Positions 10,383 through 20,254 of a stretch of 64,000 nt of DNA are shown here, piece by piece. Made by a program: the position numbers and the translations under genes. The notes beneath the pieces are model-generated. The model was not told the DNA's origin. It saw only the letters and a list, made by a program, of their open reading frames with translations, and made no database searches. The number at the start of each line of letters is the position of its first letter. Position 1 is the first letter of the stretch. Source of the stretch: a virus; IMG/VR virus record IMGVR_UViG_3300045988_122188; one strand, written 5' to 3'.

Positions 10383-11936
10383 CTACGCTCCGTTTTTCTC
10401 TCGTTTTATGACATATCCTATTTCGTCCCAAGTATTTAAATCCAAATTGATTTCAAAAATTGGAATAACATTTTTGTTACCGCCTCGGTTTTTATCAACC
10501 TTAATACAGAAATATGTCTTGTCCTTTTTTAGATCGTGCGCCTGTGGCTCTCCCCAATCACTAATTGATATATACTGATATTTGTAATATTCGTCAGGAT
10601 GTAATCTTTTACCAAGCATTAAGATATCAGCAACGTGCTTAATCTGTTTTGCATTGGCAATATTATTACTACTTAGTTGGAATATATCTGTATACACTGT
10701 GTCATCTGTTAACTGGAATACAGAAAAACAAAACATATGGATCTCTTTCATAAGCTCTTTAATTTTTGTGGCTGTCTGTTTCACCGTTTGCCAATCATCA
10801 ATACGATAACCTTTTAACGTGTCATAACCACAATATTTCACATCATATAACATACGATGTTTTCTAAATTCAAACTCTAATGCCGAATCTGAGTAATCAG
10901 AGCCAACATCTTTGAAATATAATTTTCCTTGACGTTTCTGATCTACCCATTTTGCAACTTGCATAACTTTTTGAAACTCATCTGACGTCGTAGCTACTCT
11001 ATGTCTGTACTCCTCTTCTGTTTCAATAAAGTCGCCATTTTCATTTGTTTTTCTTTCAATCACATTGCCATTGTTGTCTCTGTAAATACCAAGAACTATT
11101 TCTTCTTCTGGCTTTTCAATATCAACCCCATGAAGCTCTTTAAAACATTTGTTGTTGATCACTGTAACGACTAAGCAATTTCGCAAATCGTCTTCATCCA
11201 TTTCGTTACTGAGTAATAAAAATTTCTCATCCATTGCCAATACGATATATGCGATCAACAACATCATATTTCTTGATTTTCCTTCATTACTTAAGAATCC
11301 ATTAAAAATTACCTTTCCAAGTCGACACCCTCTGAACATCTTATTGAGAATCCCCCAAGGTAACGGAATCCCTAAATCTGGTTTTGATAAAAATGATTCA
11401 ACCTGTGATTCAACACCACTATTCAATAAGACAGAATCTTCGCCTGCGCTAATAACAGTATTAATTTTGTCTGCCTGAGATCGAATCACTCTATAAATAT
11501 CTTTTGCTTCCCATTTTTCAAATAACCTATGGTTTAAAATTCGTTGAACAGGATATCCATTTCTGTCATACTCTCTTACAAGAGAATATTTCTTAACGAG
11601 ATTATAATATTTTTTAAAATCATCACAATCTGCAACCTGCATCCATGATGAAATCGTCTTCCACCCTTTGTATCTTTTGTATGTCCTAAGTCTTTCATCT
11701 GATTGACTCATGAACATATTTACCTTATCCTCCTCAATCGTCTGAGTAAATGTTTTATACATAATCTCAAACATATCATAGAAGAATTTACATGCCTCAT
11801 CGCTGAAATCATACTGACTTCTCATATATCCACCATAAGAAACATATAAATCTGGCTGTTTATACAAAGCACCGATAAACATCATTTCACTCTGAATGTT
11901 AGTTACACTTTTACGTTCTACTGCTTCTTCTGTCAA
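10383..11936 (-). CDS. DnaB-like replicative helicase
   Basis: DnaB-N-like N-terminus. RecA-fold P-loop region GIPLPWGILNKMFRGCRLGKVIFNGFLSNEGKSR. The P-loop spacing is slightly non-canonical. Confidence 0.55.
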   Translation of the reverse strand: MTEEAVERKSVTNIQSEMMFIGALYKQPDLYVSYGGYMRSQYDFSDEACKFFYDMFEIMYKTFTQTIEEDKVNMFMSQSDERLRTYKRYKGWKTISSWMQVADCDDFKKYYNLVKKYSLVREYDRNGYPVQRILNHRLFEKWEAKDIYRVIRSQADKINTVISAGEDSVLLNSGVESQVESFLSKPDLGIPLPWGILNKMFRGCRLGKVIFNGFLSNEGKSRNMMLLIAYIVLAMDEKFLLLSNEMDEDDLRNCLVVTVINNKCFKELHGVDIEKPEEEIVLGIYRDNNGNVIERKTNENGDFIETEEEYRHRVATTSDEFQKVMQVAKWVDQKRQGKLYFKDVGSDYSDSALEFEFRKHRMLYDVKYCGYDTLKGYRIDDWQTVKQTATKIKELMKEIHMFCFSVFQLTDDTVYTDIFQLSSNNIANAKQIKHVADILMLGKRLHPDEYYKYQYISISDWGEPQAHDLKKDKTYFCIKVDKNRGGNKNVIPIFEINLDLNTWDEIGYVIKREKNGA

Positions 11937-12628
11937 TCAAGTCCCTCACCAAAAATATCACTTAAAATGTCGTCCATGTTATCGTCTTGTGTGGCTGTTA
12001 CTACAGTTTTCTGAGTTGTGATATTATTTGTTTCAACAAAAGATTTTGCAAATTTTTCATTATTCTTTTTGTCTACTTCATTTAATTTCTGTTTCTCTTT
12101 CCATCGTAAATAACTATCATACTTTCCTACTAAAACTGCCAAATCATAATTAACCTGGTGCGTTGGATTATCTTTATCCATCGTTCCTTTTTGTATCAAA
12201 AATGTTCGATTTTTCTTAAGATATTTCATTTGACGCTTCCACATATCTAAAAGATCACTTGGTGGAATTGGTTTCGCCAGACCACGATATGTACCTTTAT
12301 AAATACTTTTCAATTTTGTAAAAACATATGCTGGTACAGAACCAATGTAGTTATAATTATCAAGAATAAACCGATATACTTTGTCTTCTAACAATCTTGG
12401 TTCAAGTAACACTCGTGCTTTCTGATTATATTCATCAATCTTAGACAATGCAGATAACCATTTGTCATGTTTAGTATTTTTGGATAATAATTTTGCTTTA
12501 CACATTTTGCGGAAACATTCTTTGTGATAATAACTATTGTCATATTTAACAATCTCTTGCACTTTATCTAAATCAAGTTCAATTACTTCTTTACAATAAG
12601 CGCATTTTACTGTTAAAACATCTGCCAT
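11933..12628 (-). CDS. Hypothetical protein with an N-terminal CxxC...HxxC zinc ribbon (possible helicase loader or accessory)
   Basis: VKCAYCKEVIELD...YYHKECF. Start is coupled by overlap to the end of the helicase gene. Confidence 0.4.
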   Translation of the reverse strand: MADVLTVKCAYCKEVIELDLDKVQEIVKYDNSYYHKECFRKMCKAKLLSKNTKHDKWLSALSKIDEYNQKARVLLEPRLLEDKVYRFILDNYNYIGSVPAYVFTKLKSIYKGTYRGLAKPIPPSDLLDMWKRQMKYLKKNRTFLIQKGTMDKDNPTHQVNYDLAVLVGKYDSYLRWKEKQKLNEVDKKNNEKFAKSFVETNNITTQKTVVTATQDDNMDDILSDIFGEGLD

Positions 12629-12707
12629 GCTACAGTTACTCCTCGTCCAATATCAAAGGATTAGGTAGCCAAAATGGCTACCACATAAACCCTTTTGTAA
12701 TTTCACC

Positions 12708-13922
12708 TTATCCTTCCTGATCTTCTTTGATTTTTTTCACTAAGATTTCTTCAATCTTCTTTAGCTGATCAAGATCATTAAGACGACTAAAGGCGGTAGG
12801 TAATCCTTCTTTGGCGAGCTTATCTTTCATTTCCTGTCGTTTTGGAGGAGCTAATTTTTTGATTCTGTCAGAAATTCGTTTTTTTACATCCTGAACAGAA
12901 TCTTTTTTACTAGATGATTCACTGGATGACGCACCAGATTCTTCTTTTTCTGCTTCCTCTTCGGAAACTGGCTTACCTGCTTCTCCAAGAATTTCTCTCT
13001 TATAGATTTTCTGTTCAACATCTACTGCTTTTGTAAGAGCATTACCAAGTGTAAACTCTTTGTTTCCAACAGAATTATCAATAACTTTCTGCCAAGCTAA
13101 CATCTGTGGATCTTCTACAATCTCATTCTTTTTATATGTATGCGTTCTATCTTTTACAATCTGAGCACAAACCATGTCAGTTTCATTATCAACGAATGTA
13201 CGAATTACTGTTTTTGCGTTATAATCCATACCTTTAAATCCATCAATAATCTTACGACCTGTCGTAACAGTTTCTCTTTTACCGTCAATCATCTTAGATT
13301 CTGTTTCATCTTTTTCTCTTGCTGTTACAACACAATGTGCTCCAGAAGCTAATAAATCAAGGATTAAATCCTGACCTTTAAAGTTTACAGTCTGGTAATC
13401 TTTTAATTCCATACCTGCACCTTCAATCTTGACAAGTCTGGCTTCACCTGTCATATTTGCAGCATCCGCTTTTACACGATTTCTTTTCTTAGAGAACTCA
13501 ATCAATCCCTGTTTTGTAGTCAGATTTAAGATTGTTGATCCATCCACAACAATTGCGTCAGCTCTAAATGGAAGACCATCTGCGTCTAAAACTACATCAT
13601 CAGTTTCTTCTCCATCGTCATCAAGCTCGTAGAAGTCACCGTTTGTTTTAACTGTATCAATATAATGTCTTACTTCTCCTAAGCTCTGAGTGTAAACAAT
13701 GTAAATGTTTTCGAGATTTACACCATTTTCCTCTAATTCTGGTAAATAATCATCAATACTTCCTGATTCAGAGTCTAGGTATAAGACTCTGAAAGGCTTC
13801 CCATCTGGGCGTTTAAAATACGCTAACTGCATTGCCAGTGTACTTTTACCAGTAAAAGGTTCTCCATAAATAATAGTCATCAATTTACTCTGTGTTTTTG
13901 CTGCTTTTCTTGCTTTTGCCAA
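12708..13922 (-). CDS. Sak4-like RecA-family ATPase (AAA_24, phage recombination)
   Basis: Walker A IIYGEPFTGKSTLAMQLA. Acidic, Ser-rich C-terminus. Confidence 0.7.
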   Translation of the reverse strand: MAKARKAAKTQSKLMTIIYGEPFTGKSTLAMQLAYFKRPDGKPFRVLYLDSESGSIDDYLPELEENGVNLENIYIVYTQSLGEVRHYIDTVKTNGDFYELDDDGEETDDVVLDADGLPFRADAIVVDGSTILNLTTKQGLIEFSKKRNRVKADAANMTGEARLVKIEGAGMELKDYQTVNFKGQDLILDLLASGAHCVVTAREKDETESKMIDGKRETVTTGRKIIDGFKGMDYNAKTVIRTFVDNETDMVCAQIVKDRTHTYKKNEIVEDPQMLAWQKVIDNSVGNKEFTLGNALTKAVDVEQKIYKREILGEAGKPVSEEEAEKEESGASSSESSSKKDSVQDVKKRISDRIKKLAPPKRQEMKDKLAKEGLPTAFSRLNDLDQLKKIEEILVKKIKEDQEG

Positions 13923-13986
13923 ATGTAAAACTCCTTTATGTATATATTGTTTTGTTATTTATTTGTGAAATGATTTAGAATTGTTC

Positions 13987-15108
13987 TTACCAAACATCGC
14001 CTTCAGTATCATCTGAAGAATCATCAAAACCAGATCCCCATTCATCATCTGTAGAAGAGCTACTTGTCTGTTCGTCATCAGACTCACCGAAATCACTTCT
14101 TGCTGCTTCTGCCTTTTTAATAGCTTCAATCGCTGCATCAATTGCTTCTCTGGTGTATGTTTCTGAATCAATACTATCTTTGCTTGCGCCAGTGATAATA
14201 AGTTCTTTTCTTGCAGAATCTACGACTCTCTTTGTAGGATCTGCTTCTCCCCATCCATCATCTTCTACTTCAACTTCTTCTGTCTGAATTTCTGTCTTAA
14301 TATGTCCCCAAACTTCGATAGATGAATATGGCTTAACATTCTTCTTAAAAGTTTTTGCTAATTTCTTATTTGTCATATAGAATTCAGCATCATCAACAGA
14401 TGAATAACCAATAATCTTTCCATAAACGATAAAACGTCCTGTTGGCACATCATCTTCTTTTTCCTGTTCAATATTTGTAAAAACCATTGTCTGTTTAAAA
14501 TCAGATCTTACCTTATGCTCCTCATTATCAAGATCAATTTCTTTACTTGTTAAACTAATTTGTGTTGGAGACATTCTTGACCACTGGCGTTTAGTTCCGT
14601 TTTCCCCAGTAAAACTTCCATATTCAATATCTCCTTTAATGAATACACTCTGGTTATCTGCCATGTGTTCTGAAGCATATTTTGTTAAATCAAATGGATC
14701 TAATACCAGTTTTTTGTTAACGACCTGTCCTTTATCATTAGTCTCTTTCTCAAGACCAACCCTTGAACCAATCAATGACCAATCATCTCCAAGCCCAAGC
14801 TCCTTAACAGATTTAAAACGGTCAGCCCAAGGAATATCCTTAGTTTTGTATGTAGTTTTTTTACCGTTCTTTTCTCTTTTAAGGAAATAAACTTTTGGTT
14901 TTTCAAATGCCTGGATTTTACATCTAACTTTTACGTCAGGTTCTACTTTAACTCCGAAAGATAACGTTCGTTTACCTTTGCCTTTCTGCGTTTTACCTTC
15001 CTTATAAAAGTCGTCTTTTGCACAATCAGTGATTAATCCTTCTAACTGAAATGTACCTTTAGTTTCTGGTAAGTTGAAAAGTCTTTTAGATTTTGTGTTT
15101 TCTGCCAA
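13987..15108 (-). CDS. Putative ssDNA-binding protein with an acidic C-terminal tail
   Basis: Sits directly downstream of the Sak4-like gene. The C-terminus is DDEWGSGFDDSSDDTEGDVW, an acidic tail typical of SSB partners. The fold was not verified. Confidence 0.3.
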   Translation of the reverse strand: MAENTKSKRLFNLPETKGTFQLEGLITDCAKDDFYKEGKTQKGKGKRTLSFGVKVEPDVKVRCKIQAFEKPKVYFLKREKNGKKTTYKTKDIPWADRFKSVKELGLGDDWSLIGSRVGLEKETNDKGQVVNKKLVLDPFDLTKYASEHMADNQSVFIKGDIEYGSFTGENGTKRQWSRMSPTQISLTSKEIDLDNEEHKVRSDFKQTMVFTNIEQEKEDDVPTGRFIVYGKIIGYSSVDDAEFYMTNKKLAKTFKKNVKPYSSIEVWGHIKTEIQTEEVEVEDDGWGEADPTKRVVDSARKELIITGASKDSIDSETYTREAIDAAIEAIKKAEAARSDFGESDDEQTSSSSTDDEWGSGFDDSSDDTEGDVW

Positions 15109-15280
15109 ATAAATTTACCTCTTTCTGTTATTAAATTTGTTTAGTTAGTTTTTAGTTTGTAAATAAGTCATCAATTTATATCCACTGTCAACTCTGCCAA
15201 AGTCAACAGGAACAAAAAATAATTTTATCTGATCGGCTTATATTGTTATAATCGTTCTATTACGTTTATAACAAATGCGT

Positions 15281-15309
15281 CAAAAAAAATAATAAAAGCA
15301 AAAAGCTTT
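15281..15309 (-). terminator. Intrinsic terminator (AAAAGC/GCTTTT stem plus T-run) downstream of the sigma gene
   Basis: Palindrome at 15294-15309 with a T-run on the minus strand. It also works as the terminator of a tiny plus-strand unit. Confidence 0.5.
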
Positions 15310-15316
15310 TTTGAAA

Positions 15317-15856
15317 TTATAAGGATGGGATTAATTTATTTTTAATTTTTTTCAATTGATATTGAATTGCTTGATATGTAACACCAAGGGTATTTCCTAT
15401 TTCTTCGTTCGTATACCCTTTTGCCTTTAAATTAATAATTAACCTGTCCTTATTATTTAGTATTCGCATTTGCTCATCAAAACACAAAAAGAAAATTAAT
15501 TTTTTTTCATTATTTTTTTTATCAGCTAGCAAAAAAGAATATTCTTTTTCGTCTTCATCTAAATCATTCATTAACTGATTGTACGATAAGGTAAGTCGTT
15601 CATCTCTTTTATCTGCAAATCTCCATCGAGTATATGCTATAATTTCTTTTTGCATACATTTATATGCATATGTAGAGAATGATTTAGCTTTGGATTCATC
15701 ATAATCAATTGCTGCCTTACACAACCCAATAGCAGCGAATCCATAATAGTCATCAAAATCTTGTCTGCGGATACCGCATTTTGTCATAGCAGAGTAAATC
15801 AAATTATGATTTTGTTCTACCAATTTTCTCTGTTCGTCATTTAATTTCAACGACAT
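15317..15856 (-). CDS. Sigma-70-family sigma factor (regions 2 and 4)
   Basis: C-terminal HTH NLKAKGYTNEEIGNTLGVTYQAIQYQLKKI. N-terminus KLNDEQRKLVEQN is paralogous to 21899..22432. Confidence 0.7.
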   Translation of the reverse strand: MSLKLNDEQRKLVEQNHNLIYSAMTKCGIRRQDFDDYYGFAAIGLCKAAIDYDESKAKSFSTYAYKCMQKEIIAYTRWRFADKRDERLTLSYNQLMNDLDEDEKEYSFLLADKKNNEKKLIFFLCFDEQMRILNNKDRLIINLKAKGYTNEEIGNTLGVTYQAIQYQLKKIKNKLIPSL

Positions 15857-15885
15857 TTTCTCCTTTATTTACTTGTGTTTATGTG

Positions 15886-16161
15886 TTAATCATGAACAAA
15901 TGGTTCCCATTCTCTGGGTGGAGCATTTAGCTTCCAATATTTCGGTAATGAAACTCTTACCCTGCAACCTCTAACTACATTATAAAAATCACAATTTAAG
16001 CAATTCTCATAATCGACACTTCTACTTCCCATATCATGAACTCTGTTTGCCTTACAGATATTTTGAACTACGCTTAAAGCATCATATATCTCATCAGGTG
16101 TATACTCTTTATAATTTTTCTCGCTCACAATATCACCTCCTACTTCTTGAATGCTCGCCAT
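15886..16161 (-). CDS. Small Cys-rich protein, paralog 1
   Basis: TPDEIYDALSVVQNICKAN...CLNCDFY. Paralogous to the next gene. Confidence 0.5.
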   Translation of the reverse strand: MASIQEVGGDIVSEKNYKEYTPDEIYDALSVVQNICKANRVHDMGSRSVDYENCLNCDFYNVVRGCRVRVSLPKYWKLNAPPREWEPFVHD

Positions 16162-16373
16162 ATAGTATCTGGATCATCATCAATTTCCCAATTACAAGGG
16201 TCAAGGTCTCTAGGTGTACAAGTCGGGGCTTCGCCCATCATCGTGCATAAAGGACAGGCTTTACAATCTTCGTCTGCTCCATCAAGATGGTATTCGCACG
16301 TATCCTGAATCACATGCAGTGCATTTAAAATTTCTTTTGGCGTATGTAATTTACTTTTCTTTTCTTTCTCCAT
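16140..16373 (-). CDS. Small Cys-rich protein, paralog 2
   Basis: Start moved to MEKEKK at 16373, which has an AAGGAG RBS. TPKEILNALHVIQDTCEYH...CKACPLC. Confidence 0.5.
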   Translation of the reverse strand: MEKEKKSKLHTPKEILNALHVIQDTCEYHLDGADEDCKACPLCTMMGEAPTCTPRDLDPCNWEIDDDPDTIWRAFKK

Positions 16374-16860
16374 TATATTTCTCCTTAATTGTATCAATTG
16401 CAAACTGCAACGCCTCATCTTGAATTGTTGTATAATCATTTATGGAAATCATATCATTTAATACATGGATGTACTGTGCCGCATTGGTTTTAGTAGATAG
16501 TAGCTTTTCGGAATCTCGATTCTCTATATCATTCACAGTCAATGTATCGCACGCATTAAGACACGAATCCACCAATTCGTTCCATAACGACAAAACAAAA
16601 TATCTCGCTGCAATCGGATGACGTTTTAGTTCATCAACTAGCGGTTTCGTCAGTTGAAACGTATCAAGAAAACTACATATATTATAATATTTTCGAAGTA
16701 TATGATCTTGCTTATTTGATGATTCAACCTCGCCTATTGAAAGTGCTAAACTATTTCTTAATTCTTCTAACTGCCCGTATGTAAATACTTTATTATTTTC
16801 TTTTTTCACTCTGTCTTTCCCATTCCTTTCTCCAATAATCATCTTCTTTGATATTGCCAA
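16351..16860 (-). CDS. Hypothetical protein
   Basis: ORF of 169 aa in the minus-strand gene series. Confidence 0.45.
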   Translation of the reverse strand: MAISKKMIIGERNGKDRVKKENNKVFTYGQLEELRNSLALSIGEVESSNKQDHILRKYYNICSFLDTFQLTKPLVDELKRHPIAARYFVLSLWNELVDSCLNACDTLTVNDIENRDSEKLLSTKTNAAQYIHVLNDMISINDYTTIQDEALQFAIDTIKEKYNGERKEK

Positions 16861-17434
16861 GTTTCACATATTGATCTGGTTTAATTTCTCCTAAATCAAT
16901 CATATCAGAACCATAAACAGATAACATCTGCCACGCCAAATCTTCATCATTATAAATAATCAAATATACGTCTTCGTCATCATCAACCAATTGTACAACA
17001 TCATATTCGAATTCATTTTCTCTGCCAGTTGATTGACAAATGGTATCTTCTTTTACTTGACACCCATACATACCACTATGGTCTGCTGGTTCACATCTTG
17101 GGAATAATAACCATCCTTTACCGATGTATGTCCCAGTAATCCACTTATTAGTATCATAATTCTGTGCCTTGCAGTATATACCACAATTTTGATAGGTTTG
17201 ATTCATTGCTAAATTCCCCTTTCGCTCTTTTGTAATCCGATATACTCTGTCCATAGCTTCCATGTTATGATCATGTACCTCTGGAATAAAAATTTCCCTT
17301 CCACAAATCTTACAAATACCATATGTCTCTGCAAACGAAATTCTTTCACCTATCATTGGAACAATTGTAAACCTTGTTTCAAGTTCATAATCAACTAGCT
17401 TTCGACAATATGCGCACAAAAGTTTCTTCTCCAT
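16793..17434 (-). CDS. Hypothetical protein with an N-terminal zinc ribbon
   Basis: CAYCRKL...CKICGRE. Confidence 0.45.
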   Translation of the reverse strand: MEKKLLCAYCRKLVDYELETRFTIVPMIGERISFAETYGICKICGREIFIPEVHDHNMEAMDRVYRITKERKGNLAMNQTYQNCGIYCKAQNYDTNKWITGTYIGKGWLLFPRCEPADHSGMYGCQVKEDTICQSTGRENEFEYDVVQLVDDDEDVYLIIYNDEDLAWQMLSVYGSDMIDLGEIKPDQYVKLGNIKEDDYWRKEWERQSEKRK

Positions 17435-17439
17435 CTACA

Positions 17440-17835
17440 TTACTCTCCTAACTCAATCCCACAAATTTCTTTCGCCAGTTCTCTTACCGCAACACGTTCT
17501 TCACAAACACAATATCCATCATCTTCATCAATTGTAAGATCATTATTGTACATGAATTTTAGTAACTCTTCTAAGGTATGAATATCTTTTTTGACTTCAT
17601 TTACCTTGGCATAAAACTCTCGTTTTAGAACCGCTTTTATTTCTGATTCAGTGCGATATATCTCTTCTAAAAGAACCATATATAAACCATGCGTTATACT
17701 GTCTTGTATCATTACATATATTAGATCGCCAAGACATTTAATCTCCGTAATGATTCCAGACTTAACAGTATATGGTTCATCGTACCAAGCAAAATACACT
17801 TCGTTTCCAACTTTGAAATCGCCCATCTTTATCAC
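17440..17835 (-). CDS. Hypothetical protein
   Basis: ORF of 131 aa. Confidence 0.45.
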   Translation of the reverse strand: MIKMGDFKVGNEVYFAWYDEPYTVKSGIITEIKCLGDLIYVMIQDSITHGLYMVLLEEIYRTESEIKAVLKREFYAKVNEVKKDIHTLEELLKFMYNNDLTIDEDDGYCVCEERVAVRELAKEICGIELGE

Positions 17836-17841
17836 CTCTTT

Positions 17842-18045
17842 CTAACACCAAGCCCACAAAATTACTCCAATTAAGCATGATACATGGAACATAACCCATA
17901 AGAAAAATATCCTACATTCAGTTAAATCCCAATTATATGAATCATCACAACCAGTAATTATGAACCAAACCCAAGCAGCTACATACAACAATACGCACAC
18001 AGCAATTGAAAATATTCTGATTGTTAATTTAACATTATCTATCAT
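17842..18045 (-). CDS. Small membrane protein
   Basis: Two predicted TM helices (IAVCVLLYVAAWVWFII..., FFLWVMFHVSCLIGVILWAW). Confidence 0.4.
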   Translation of the reverse strand: MIDNVKLTIRIFSIAVCVLLYVAAWVWFIITGCDDSYNWDLTECRIFFLWVMFHVSCLIGVILWAWC

Positions 18046-18054
18046 TGCATCCTA

Positions 18055-18594
18055 CTATTCATTGACTTCAACTGGCTCTAATGTGTCTTTATTTTTAACA
18101 AAATCCAACATGACTTCTTCTTGTATATCTTCATATAATTTGTCATAGTATGTTTTCTTTAATTTAAAAAATGCTACTTTCAAATCTTCACAATAAAACC
18201 TACCTCTTTGCCCATTTTTAATTTGCCGATAAGGATTTTCAGGGTGCTCATACACAACAGAAATTGTTCCATCTCCATCATATGTAGTCTCCATCGAAAT
18301 ACTACCATTCTTAAGAGCATGATACATAACCTGATTATCTTCAATAAACCCATATGGATGCCACTCATAATCATCAGGAATAACAGTTGGTTCAATAACA
18401 TCAAAATATTTCTCTAATTCATCTCCAGACATCACACCAAGATGCACTCCATTCGCACCAAATCTAAAATTGATAACATTTTCATCTGTATCAATCTTAA
18501 CAATCTCGCATACCTCGCCAAGATTATCGAAGCATCCCATTGGTTTCTTTAATTTAATCTTATGGTCTGTTGTCAATTCATTAATATTAATCAT
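18055..18594 (-). CDS. Hypothetical protein
   Basis: ORF of 179 aa. Confidence 0.45.
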   Translation of the reverse strand: MININELTTDHKIKLKKPMGCFDNLGEVCEIVKIDTDENVINFRFGANGVHLGVMSGDELEKYFDVIEPTVIPDDYEWHPYGFIEDNQVMYHALKNGSISMETTYDGDGTISVVYEHPENPYRQIKNGQRGRFYCEDLKVAFFKLKKTYYDKLYEDIQEEVMLDFVKNKDTLEPVEVNE

Positions 18595-19622
18595 ACTGCC
18601 ACCTTACCTTTCTTGCTAAAATGTTCATTCCATGCATCGACCGCTTCTTGCTGATCAGCGGTTAGAGGATCATTGAATCTTTGCAGTGCTTGTACGATTC
18701 GTCCATTTTGTATTTCAATCGTCACTAACGATTTTTCTGGTTCTTTTACTCTTCTCAAGAACATAATATGGCATTCGCCATCAATGACTCGATCTATGTA
18801 ACTTGCCACACAATTATTCTGCTGTACCGCTTCGTCTTTAATGTCTTGAGTGGAGTCTGGATAAAAGAATCTCAGTCCTTTATATGTAAATTCGTATTCT
18901 TTATTAATACGGCTCTTAAAGACTTCTTCCGAAAATTCTTTTTGTAATCTTTTGTAATTTCTTGTGACAATATCCATTGTTGTTTTGAAATGTCTTGGAT
19001 ATCTATCAAATTTATGACTGATTGCGTCCATCATACGGGCATAATCACGCAATTCTCTGAGCAACCAATTTATAGCAACAATTGCTTCAAACGTCATTAT
19101 CTTATCCATATAAACAAATACATCTGCGAGATTATATCCATAATCCTTATTTAAAGACGTTAATATTTCCATATAATAATCTGTGCTACGATTAGCAAAA
19201 AAGAACATTAAGTCGGATTGAGTCACTGTCATATATTGTGTTTGAAGAATTGTTTGAACATAATCTGGATATTTTTTGTAAAAATCAACAAACTTGTTAT
19301 TTAATAAGCGGTTCATCTTCACACCAATACAATAATTTCTTAACCATTTTGGTACTTCATTAATTGAATATCTGAAATCTTCTGCAATTTGTTTGTGCGT
19401 AAACCCTATAGCGAAGAACTGCTCACATACTGAATATTGACTTGCATATTCAAACAAAGTTCCCAAATTATAATCAATGAAGCCACATGTAGTTCTTCCC
19501 ATTTCACAATTTCTTCGCCAATTTACATATTTTAGAAACTCTGCATAATGTGGATCGGACACAAACAATTTATCCAATTCATCAGCTGAATGTCCAGACA
19601 GAATATTATTTAAAGCTTTCAC
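18591..19622 (-). CDS. PcfJ-like protein
   Basis: C-terminal region ...QQNNCVASYIDRVIDGECHIMFLRRVKEPEKSLVTIEIQNGRIVQ resembles the PcfJ family signature, as recalled. Not verified. Confidence 0.35.
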   Translation of the reverse strand: MKALNNILSGHSADELDKLFVSDPHYAEFLKYVNWRRNCEMGRTTCGFIDYNLGTLFEYASQYSVCEQFFAIGFTHKQIAEDFRYSINEVPKWLRNYCIGVKMNRLLNNKFVDFYKKYPDYVQTILQTQYMTVTQSDLMFFFANRSTDYYMEILTSLNKDYGYNLADVFVYMDKIMTFEAIVAINWLLRELRDYARMMDAISHKFDRYPRHFKTTMDIVTRNYKRLQKEFSEEVFKSRINKEYEFTYKGLRFFYPDSTQDIKDEAVQQNNCVASYIDRVIDGECHIMFLRRVKEPEKSLVTIEIQNGRIVQALQRFNDPLTADQQEAVDAWNEHFSKKGKVAV

Positions 19623-19783
19623 TTTCTTACCACTTTTGCCATAACAATCACCATTTGATAAATCATATTTGCAAGTTTTACCATCATCCAGATGGAAAAT
19701 AATAAACTTGCCTTGTTTTTCTGCTGTGATAGTGCTTCAACTCCTTTCATTTTGCCTCAAATTCCTATTTTATATCATTGCAT

Positions 19784-20254
19784 TTACACCCATGCTCGAA
19801 TACTACAATGACCCATCTTAAGATAAAAATCATATATATATGTACATAATTTTTTCTCATCGTCAAATATCTTGTCAGACATTTGCACCCACCAAGCATG
19901 TAATCTTTTCTTTTCTGTATTCAAAACCAGTACAGGAATATGACGTTCATATGCAATTGCAATCTCCATAGATGTACCAATGCTTTTCGGATCATTCGCA
20001 TTTACTACAACAAGATCACTATTTCTAACAAAATTTGTATCAAATCTCATTACTTCTTTTTCTGTATCATGCAACTCTGTTTGAAAATTGTAATAATCAA
20101 CAGGGTTAATAATATTAACTTCTTTCATATTAACATTAAGAATCCTACGCATAGCAATAATTTGATTGCAAATTCTTTCTCTCCAAGCATTCTGCTCTTC
20201 AAACGATAAATCCTGCATACCGCCTGCTAAATAAATCTGAAATACATTACTCAC
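19784..20254 (-). CDS. Nucleoside 2-deoxyribosyltransferase-like protein
   Basis: N-terminal IYLAGGM and the motif SIGTSMEIAIAYERHIPVLVL match the Rcl/DRTase motif pattern DxGTxxExGxAxxxxxPV. Confidence 0.45.
   Translation of the reverse strand: MSNVFQIYLAGGMQDLSFEEQNAWRERICNQIIAMRRILNVNMKEVNIINPVDYYNFQTELHDTEKEVMRFDTNFVRNSDLVVVNANDPKSIGTSMEIAIAYERHIPVLVLNTEKKRLHAWWVQMSDKIFDDEKKLCTYIYDFYLKMGHCSIRAWV

Noticed and set aside
10383-11936. Re-calling the DnaB-like gene as a generic ATPase because of the non-canonical P-loop spacing
   Set aside because: The N-terminal DnaB-like domain, the flanking DnaB-C motif context (GIPLPWGILNKM...GKVIFNG...GKS) and its position next to the primase support a replicative helicase call. 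Retained at moderate confidence.
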